64,000 nucleotides of DNA from Dehalococcoidia bacterium. Its GTDB lineage: Bacteria; Chloroflexota; Dehalococcoidia; UBA2979. How positions within the stretch are numbered: the first letter of the stretch is position 1; every line of letters begins with the position of its first letter. The stretch spans positions 448,001 through 512,000 of the forward strand of contig OZ219871.1 in assembly GCA_964291495.2 (NCBI GenBank). The letters are read 5' to 3'. Positions 57,936 through 64,000 of this stretch are shown one piece after another. The position numbers and the translations under genes are program-made. Below the pieces are notes generated by a model. The model made no database searches. It worked only from the letters and a program-made list of their open reading frames with translations, and was not told the origin of the DNA.

Positions 57936-58777
57936 TCCCCTCAGCGTTCGATTACCAGCGCGCCGGCTCCGTCGAGGAGGCGATCGCGCTCAAGCAGGGA
58001 GCAGAGGGCGACGCCCGCTTCATCGCCGGCGGTCACAGCCTGATCCCGCTGATGAAGCTGCGCCTCGCCGAGCCCTCGCTGCTGATCGACATCAGCGGCA
58101 TCCCCGGGCTCTCCGGGGTGAGCGAGGACGGCGGGCGGATCTCGATCGGCGCGCTCACCACCCACGCCGAGTTGGAGGACGACGCGGTGCTGCTCGCCTC
58201 CGCGCCCGTCGTCGCCGAGGCGGCGGGCGAGATCGGCGACCAGCAGGTGCGCAACCGCGGCACCATCGGCGGCAGCCTCGCGCACGCCGACCCGGCGTCC
58301 GACCTGCCGGCGGTGGTCGTCGCGCTCGACGCCTCGATCCACATCGCCGGCTCGGGCGGCGAGCGCACGGTCGCCGCGGGCGACTTCTTCAGCGGGCTGT
58401 TCGAGGTCGACCTGACGGAGGACGAGCTGATCACCTCGGTCAGCTTCGACGCCCCCTCGCAGGCGGCCTATGCGAAGCTCCGCCACCCGGCCTCGCACTT
58501 CGCGATCGTCGGCGTTGCGGCCTCGCTGACCGTCGAGGGCGGCGTCTGCACCGGCGCCCGCGTCGCCGTGACGGGCGCCTCGACGCACGCGCAGCGGCTG
58601 GGGGCGGTCGAGGAGGCGCTGACCGGCTCGTCGCTCGACGACGACGCGATCGCAGCCGCCTCCGCGGCAGCCGCCGTGGACGACGTGAACGCGGACCTGG
58701 CGGGCTCGGAGGAGTACCGGCGGGCGATGACGCAGGTCTTCACCGGCCGCGCGATCGCCGCCGCCGCCGGCCGCTAG
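57932..58777 (+). CDS. coxM: FAD-binding medium subunit
   Basis: IAGGHSLIPLMKLR, QVRNRGTIGGS, ADPASD, SEEYRR. Confidence 0.92.
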   Translation: MIPSAFDYQRAGSVEEAIALKQGAEGDARFIAGGHSLIPLMKLRLAEPSLLIDISGIPGLSGVSEDGGRISIGALTTHAELEDDAVLLASAPVVAEAAGEIGDQQVRNRGTIGGSLAHADPASDLPAVVVALDASIHIAGSGGERTVAAGDFFSGLFEVDLTEDELITSVSFDAPSQAAYAKLRHPASHFAIVGVAASLTVEGGVCTGARVAVTGASTHAQRLGAVEEALTGSSLDDDAIAAASAAAAVDDVNADLAGSEEYRRAMTQVFTGRAIAAAAGR

Positions 58778-58882
58778 TCGGAGGCGCGGGCGCGCGCCTC
58801 GGGCGAACCTGTACGCAAGCCTCGCGCCGGGACCGGTTCCCGGCGCGAGTGTTCTCGCCGCAGACAACGCGAGGGGGCAGCG

Positions 58883-59821
58883 ATGCGCGGAGTAGGAGTC
58901 ATCGAGTTCGGCGGCCCGGAGGCCCTCGAGGTCGTCGCGCTGCCCGAGGTCCACGCCGGGCCCGGCGAAGTGCGGATCCGCAACCACGCCGCCGCGGTCA
59001 ACCCGACGGACACGATGCTGCGCAACGGCTCGCGTGCCGATGCGCTGCGCGACGTGCTGTCGCCTCATGTCCCGGGCATGGACGCCGCCGGCGTCATCGA
59101 CGAGATCGGCCCCAACACGGATACCGACCTCGCGATCGGCGAAGCGGTCATGGCGATGGTGATCCCGCACAGCAGGCACGGCGCCTACCGGCAGAGCATC
59201 GTGCTCTCCGCCGACTCCGTCGTGCGCGCCCCGGCCGGCGCCGGCCATGTCGAGGCGTGCACGCTGCCGATGAACGCACTGACCGCGCGCATGTCGCTCG
59301 ACCAGCTCGCGCTGCAGCCCGGCCAGACCCTCGGCGTGACGGGCGCCGCCGGCTGCTACGGCGGCTACGTCGTGCAGCTCGCGAAGGCCGAGGGCCTGCG
59401 CGTCGTCGCCGACTCCTCGGAGGCCGACTGGGGACTGGTCCGCGAGCTCGGGGCCGACATCATCGTGCCGCGTGGCGACGACGTCGCCGCGCGGATGCGC
59501 ATGGCCGTGCCCGGTGGCGTCGACGGGCTGGCCGACGGGGCGGTGCAGAACGAGCTGGCGGTCGGCGCCGTCCGCGACGGCGGCTCGTTCGCCGCGGTGC
59601 GCGGCTGGACGGGCACCGGCGAGCGCGGGATCAACTTCCACGTCACGATGGTGCGCAACTACGACCACCGCGCCGACCTGCTCGATACGCTTCGCCAGCA
59701 AGTCGAGGACGGCGTGGTCAGCCTGCGGGTGTACGACACCTACACGATGAACCAGGCGCCGGACGCCCACGCCCGCCTCGAGGCGGGAGGCGCACGCGGC
59801 CGCTGCGTGATCCTGTTCTAG
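58883..59821 (+). CDS. NADP-dependent MDR/quinone oxidoreductase-like protein
   Basis: [30 protein letters not shown]. Confidence 0.88.
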   Translation: MRGVGVIEFGGPEALEVVALPEVHAGPGEVRIRNHAAAVNPTDTMLRNGSRADALRDVLSPHVPGMDAAGVIDEIGPNTDTDLAIGEAVMAMVIPHSRHGAYRQSIVLSADSVVRAPAGAGHVEACTLPMNALTARMSLDQLALQPGQTLGVTGAAGCYGGYVVQLAKAEGLRVVADSSEADWGLVRELGADIIVPRGDDVAARMRMAVPGGVDGLADGAVQNELAVGAVRDGGSFAAVRGWTGTGERGINFHVTMVRNYDHRADLLDTLRQQVEDGVVSLRVYDTYTMNQAPDAHARLEAGGARGRCVILF

Positions 59822-59849
59822 CGCCCAGCACCGCACAGGGGAACGCTCG

Positions 59850-60611
59850 ATGACCACGACCGCCGGCGCCTTCGCCTTCCTCGGCGAGGCCGCGGTCGAA
59901 GGCCGCGTCGCCGAGCGCCGCTTCGAGGTGCAGCGCGGCGGGGAGTCGATTCCCGGCATCCTCTGGACGCCCGCGGCGGTGAGCCGCGCCGTGCCGCTGG
60001 TGCTGCTGGGCCACGGCGGCAGCGGGCACAAGCGCAGCGACCGCATGCTCGAGCTCGGGATTCGGTTCGCCCGCGATCGCGGCTTCGCGGCCGCGGCGAT
60101 CGACGGCCCCGGCCACGGCGACCGCGGCGGGCTGACCTCGACGGACGACCCCGCCTACCGCGCGATCTGGCAGCGACCCGGCACCGTGCCGGATATGGTG
60201 GCCGACTGGCAGGCGACGCTCGACGCGCTGAGCGAACTGGAAGCGATCGACGCCGCCCGCGTCGGCTACTGGGGCCTCTCGATGGGCACGATGTTCGGGC
60301 TACCGTTCGTCGCCGCGGAGCCGCGGATCCGGGCGGCCGTCCTCGGCAAGGCGGGGCTCACCGGCAGCAGCGTCGACCGCAGTGGCATCGCGCCGCACCT
60401 GCGCGCGGCGGCTCCTCGCGTCACCTGCCCCACGTACTTCCACGTGCAGTGGGACGACGAGCGGTTCGACCGCTACGGCTCGCTGTTCCTCTTCGACCAG
60501 ATCGCGGCCGTCGAGAAGGAGCTACACACCTTCCCCGGCCTGCACGCGGTCATGACGCCGCAGGCGCTTGAAGGCTCAATCGCCTTCCTCGCCCGCCACC
60601 TCGCGGCCTGA
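59850..60611 (+). CDS. alpha/beta hydrolase (dienelactone hydrolase-like)
   Basis: LGHGG, DGPGHG, GLSMG (GxSxG), WDDE, PGLH. Confidence 0.85.
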   Translation: MTTTAGAFAFLGEAAVEGRVAERRFEVQRGGESIPGILWTPAAVSRAVPLVLLGHGGSGHKRSDRMLELGIRFARDRGFAAAAIDGPGHGDRGGLTSTDDPAYRAIWQRPGTVPDMVADWQATLDALSELEAIDAARVGYWGLSMGTMFGLPFVAAEPRIRAAVLGKAGLTGSSVDRSGIAPHLRAAAPRVTCPTYFHVQWDDERFDRYGSLFLFDQIAAVEKELHTFPGLHAVMTPQALEGSIAFLARHLAA

Positions 60612-60986
60612 GCGAGGCGGCGAGGCGTCGTAGCCGGCCTCCTCCTCGGCGACCACGAGCGAGTTCCCGCCGCCGATCCGCAGCGGGATGGCCGTCTCCG
60701 TCTCGCCGTCATCGAAGAGGGCGACGATCCGCAGCCGGGCGCCGAGGCCTTCGAGATACCGGCGCAGCGAGGACAGCCGGATATCCTCGCCGCGCTCGAG
60801 CTGCGAGACCGCGGGCTGGCTGCTGCCGAGGCTTAACGCAAGCTCGGCCTGCGAGCGGTTGAGCGCCCGGCGGAGCTCGTGCAGGCCGACCTCGGCCAGG
60901 GTGGCCTCGCGCAGCGCGGCAAGCCGCTCGGGCGCGCCGGGGCGGGCCACGACCTTCCCGTGGAGCTCCCGATAGTTCCTGGCCAT
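60576..60986 (-). CDS. XRE-family HTH antitoxin
   Basis: LHELRRAL..SQAELA..LGSSQPAVSQLERG..LSSLRRYLEGLG. Confidence 0.85.
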   Translation of the reverse strand: MARNYRELHGKVVARPGAPERLAALREATLAEVGLHELRRALNRSQAELALSLGSSQPAVSQLERGEDIRLSSLRRYLEGLGARLRIVALFDDGETETAIPLRIGGGNSLVVAEEEAGYDASPPRSGREVAGEEGD

Positions 60987-60999
60987 GATCCCGACTCCT

Positions 61000-61374
61000 C
61001 TACCGGGCCTCGTTCCCGAGCAACCCCTCCGCGCGCAACTCCTCGAGGTGGGCGTCGTACAGCGCATCCGCCTCGGGAATCGCTCGCCGGTACCACGCGT
61101 TCCACTGACCCGACTTGTCACCACCCAGCAGCAGGATCGCGTGCCGGCGCGGGTCGAACGCGAACAGCACGCGAAGCGCACCGCCCCGTGACGCCCTCAG
61201 CTCCTTCATGTTGGCGTGCCGTGAGTTCGTGATCGTGTCGACCACCGGCCGCCCGAGCCCCGGACCAATCTCCGCGAGCAGCATCACCCGATCGTCGAGC
61301 GCCTCCTGCTGTTCGATGCTGAGGTCTTCCCACCAGCCCCCGAACTGGTCCGTGTACTCCACTTCCCACGCCAT
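61000..61374 (-). CDS. RelE/ParE (Gp49-like) toxin
   Basis: GPGLGRPVVD, SRHANMKELR, RVLFAFDPRR, LLGGDK. Confidence 0.88.
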   Translation of the reverse strand: MAWEVEYTDQFGGWWEDLSIEQQEALDDRVMLLAEIGPGLGRPVVDTITNSRHANMKELRASRGGALRVLFAFDPRRHAILLLGGDKSGQWNAWYRRAIPEADALYDAHLEELRAEGLLGNEAR

Positions 61375-61377
61375 GAG

Positions 61378-61401
61378 TATAAGTCCTATCTACTATAAGT
61401 C
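61378..61401. promoter_or_regulatory. direct-repeat operator/promoter of the TA pair
   Basis: TATAAGTC at 61378-61385 and 61394-61401 in an AT-rich island. Confidence 0.45.
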
Positions 61402-61427
61402 AAGACTAATGTTGGAGGGCGTCTCGG

Positions 61428-62453
61428 CTACGCGTCGACCCGCACGAACTTCTGCAGCGCACGCGAGCCGCGGTCGATGCCGCGGTAGGTCTCCGCGAGG
61501 TCGCCGACGTAGATGCTGCCCTGCGAGTCGACGGCGAGGCCGTGCGGACCGATCACCTGCCCCGCCGTCTGCTGCTCCGCCGGGCAGGGCGGGATCGGCG
61601 GCTGCTCCGGGCAGGTGCAGCCCTCGTCGCCCCAGCCGGCGAGGCGCTCGCCCCCGGGGCTCCAGATGCTGATGCGGTGCAGCAGCTCGGCGACGTAGGC
61701 GTTGCCGTCCGGGCCCCAGGCGATGTCGTCCGGCAGGTTCACGCCGGACCACTCCTCCTCGTACTCGCCGTCGGCGCTGAAGACCTGGATGCGGCGGTTG
61801 GAGCGATCGCAGACGTAGACGCGGCCATCGGGCCCGATGCTGACGGCGTGCGGGTTGGAAAACTGCCCGGGGCCGGAGCCGGGGCTGCCCCAGCCGAAGC
61901 GGTACTCGCCGTCCGGACTGAAGACGTGGATGCGCGCGTTGCCGTAGCCGTCGCTGACGTAGAGGTCGCCGTTGGCGGCCACGGCCACGCGCGTCGGCTC
62001 GTTGAACGGGTCGCCGCCCATGCGCGGCGCGCTCTGGTGTGGCGTGCCGAGGCTGAGCAGCGGTTTCCCGTCGGGCGTGAACTTGCGCACGGTGTGGTCG
62101 CCCGTGTCGGCGAGCCAGACGTTGCCCTCGGCGTCGACGGTGATGCCGTGCGCCGTCGTGGTCACGTCGTCGCCCCACCAGTCGAGGAAGAAGCCGTCGC
62201 GGTCGTAGACCTGCACCGGCCGCCGCGATCGCGAGAAGACGAAGACGCGGTCCTCGGCGTCGACGGCGACTCCGGCGACATCGATCCACGCCCAGCCCCG
62301 AGGCCGGCGCGCCCAGTTGTCGACGACGTAGTAGCTGTGCTCGCCGGAGCCGAGCGCCTCCTCGACGATCCCTCGGGAGCGGGTCGCCGGGGCGCCCCAG
62401 CGCCCGTCGCTGTTCGCCCAGCCGTGGTGCTCGAGCCGCGTCACGTTGACCAT
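61428..62453 (-). CDS. NHL-repeat beta-propeller (peptidyl-alpha-hydroxyglycine lyase-like)
   Basis: AHGITVD, DTGDHTVRKF, YVSDGYGNARIH, GQFSNPH, DRSNRRIQVF. Confidence 0.85.
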   Translation of the reverse strand: MVNVTRLEHHGWANSDGRWGAPATRSRGIVEEALGSGEHSYYVVDNWARRPRGWAWIDVAGVAVDAEDRVFVFSRSRRPVQVYDRDGFFLDWWGDDVTTTAHGITVDAEGNVWLADTGDHTVRKFTPDGKPLLSLGTPHQSAPRMGGDPFNEPTRVAVAANGDLYVSDGYGNARIHVFSPDGEYRFGWGSPGSGPGQFSNPHAVSIGPDGRVYVCDRSNRRIQVFSADGEYEEEWSGVNLPDDIAWGPDGNAYVAELLHRISIWSPGGERLAGWGDEGCTCPEQPPIPPCPAEQQTAGQVIGPHGLAVDSQGSIYVGDLAETYRGIDRGSRALQKFVRVDA

Positions 62454-62475
62454 CGAGAGCCCCGCCTTCCGGCCG

Positions 62476-63396
62476 CTACCTCCCGGGCCACGGCACGCGG
62501 CGATGATCGAAGTCCGGGCCCAGCTCCGCCGGCACGCGCTCGATCAGCGCGTCCAGCGTCCACGGCCCCTCGCTGTGGATGTGCCCCACCCACTCGCGGT
62601 GGTTGAGGAGGTAGACCCCCCGCCCGACCGCGCCGAAGACCTGCCCGTTGATCGAGGCGGCCTCGTCGGTCAGCAGGTAGGCGACGATCGGCGCCACGTT
62701 GGCCGGGTCCATCGCGCCGCCGATCGCCTGCTCGCTCGGCAGCGGGTCGTCCTCGCCGACCTGCCCGGTCTGCTGCGCGACGATATCGTGCATGCGCGTC
62801 GCGCCGACGGGGACGATGCAGTTCGAGGTGATCCCGAGCGGCTTCAGCTCCTCGGCGAGGCTCAGCGCGAAGCCGATCACGCCCGCCTTCGCGGACGCGT
62901 AGGCGACGCGCACACCCGAGCCCGCCAGTGCGGTGCTCGAGGAGAAGGAGATGATGGTGCCGCTGCCCTGCTCGCGCATGACCTCGGCGGCTGCCCGTGC
63001 GCAGGAGAAGTGCCCGCGCAGATGCACGGCCATCGCCCGATCCCAGGCGTCCGGGCTGACCTCGAGCAGGCCGCCCTCGAGGAGGATGCCGGCGCAGCAG
63101 ATCATCGCGTCGAGGCGCCCGAAGTGCTCGATGGCCGTCGCGACGATCTGCTCGCCGCCCTCTATCGTCGAGACGTCGGAGCGGCTCGCGGCGGCCTCGC
63201 CGCCGGCGGCGATGATCTCGTTCGCGACGACCTGGGCGACGTCCGCCTCGGGCCCACCGGCGCCGTCGACGGGACCGCCGTAGTCGGCGACGACGACCTT
63301 CGCGCCCTCGGCGGCGAGGCGCAGCGCGATGCCGCGGCCGATGCCGCGCCCGGCGCCGGTGACGGCGGCGACCTTGCCCTCGAGTGGTTGTGTCAT
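62476..63396 (-). CDS. SDR family oxidoreductase
   Basis: TGAGRGIG, VHLRGHF, YASAK. Confidence 0.9.
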   Translation of the reverse strand: MTQPLEGKVAAVTGAGRGIGRGIALRLAAEGAKVVVADYGGPVDGAGGPEADVAQVVANEIIAAGGEAAASRSDVSTIEGGEQIVATAIEHFGRLDAMICCAGILLEGGLLEVSPDAWDRAMAVHLRGHFSCARAAAEVMREQGSGTIISFSSSTALAGSGVRVAYASAKAGVIGFALSLAEELKPLGITSNCIVPVGATRMHDIVAQQTGQVGEDDPLPSEQAIGGAMDPANVAPIVAYLLTDEAASINGQVFGAVGRGVYLLNHREWVGHIHSEGPWTLDALIERVPAELGPDFDHRRVPWPGR

Positions 63397-63430
63397 GGAC
63401 GCCATACTAGAGAAGTGCGCGGTGCCGCGT

Positions 63431-63474
63431 ACGTTCACCCCTAGGTTGACGCGTTCACCCTTGGGTAGTACGTT
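63431..63474 (+). promoter_or_regulatory. higBA promoter with tandem operator repeats
   Basis: TTGACG (63446-63451), 17 nt, TACGTT (63469-63474); CGTTCACCC repeated at a 20-bp period. Confidence 0.6.
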
Positions 63475-63481
63475 TCGTCGT

Positions 63482-63775
63482 GTGGAGATTCGCTTTCGTA
63501 ACCGGCGGTTGCAGCGGGCCTTCGAGCAGCGCAATCGCGCGATTCGAGAATGGGGGCCTGTCGTAGGGGAGCGGTACACTGAGCGAGTGCGGACGCTGCG
63601 GCGCACCGAGCGTGTCGAGCATCTCTACGACATCCGCCCACTTGACTTCCACCCGCTGAGCGGCGATCGGAGAGGGCAGCACTCGATCCGGCTGACGGGA
63701 CGGACGAGGCTGATTGTGACTGTCGAAGACGAGAGAACGGTCACTGTCGAGGAAGTGGTGGACTACCATGAGTGA
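63482..63775 (+). CDS. higB: HigB-type toxin
   Basis: EIRFRNRRL, FHPLSGDRRGQHSIRL, EEVVDYH. Confidence 0.85.
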   Translation: MEIRFRNRRLQRAFEQRNRAIREWGPVVGERYTERVRTLRRTERVEHLYDIRPLDFHPLSGDRRGQHSIRLTGRTRLIVTVEDERTVTVEEVVDYHE

Positions 63776-64000
63776 GCAGACGTACCCCTATGTGGAACCG
63801 GACTATGTCTCCCACCCCGGCACGTTGCTCGCGGAGGAGCTCGAGGTCCGGGGGATGTCGCAGCGCGAGCTCGCGCGACGCATCGGGCGGCCATACCAGG
63901 TAGTCAACGAGATCGTTCGCGGGCGTAAGGCAATCACCGCCGAAACCGCTCTGCAACTCGAGGCCGAGTTCGGGACGCGGGCCTACATCTGGCTCGGTCT
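63768..64000 (+). CDS. higA: HigA antitoxin (3' truncated by window edge)
   Basis: manual translation: SHPGTLLAEELEVRGMSQRELARRIG...NEIVRGRKAITAETALQL. Confidence 0.88.
   Translation, partial: MSEQTYPYVEPDYVSHPGTLLAEELEVRGMSQRELARRIGRPYQVVNEIVRGRKAITAETALQLEAEFGTRAYIWLG

Noticed and set aside
1-64000. tRNA, rRNA, riboswitch or transposase genes
   Set aside because: None recognised by eye; a tRNAscan/Rfam search would be needed to exclude small RNAs

Overview
High-GC bacterial window with about 70 genes, mostly catabolic: SDRs, four acyl-CoA dehydrogenases, ETF, two Ltp/thiolase-fold proteins with a DUF35 partner, family I and III CoA-transferases, LLM and F420-type oxidoreductases, a flavin-dependent halogenase, glutamate dehydrogenase and a form II CoxGSLM-like molybdoenzyme cluster. 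It also encodes K+ transport, ABC and MFS transporters, four type II toxin-antitoxin pairs and a 1026-aa secreted plant-type LRR protein. The gene content suggests a Chloroflexota (Dehalococcoidia/SAR202-like) organism, possibly a sponge symbiont (inference only). No rRNA, tRNA, CRISPR array or transposase was recognised by eye. Best leads: (1) a metallo-beta-lactamase fold / wHTH / Rex-type NAD(H)-sensor fusion, divergent from coxGSLM, with a perfect TGTGA-N6-TCACA box between them; (2) a ~217-bp MITE with terminal inverted repeats and a target-site duplication that carries BoxC-like REP hairpins; (3) a stand-alone ALDH1L1-type formyltransferase coupled to a family III CoA-transferase; (4) a halogenase with a C-terminal RRE/PqqD-like domain; (5) a divergent Ltp pair sharing a Cys-flanked insert; (6) acyl-CoA dehydrogenases with Asp at the usual catalytic Glu position. 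All family assignments come from motifs recognised by eye; no searches were run.
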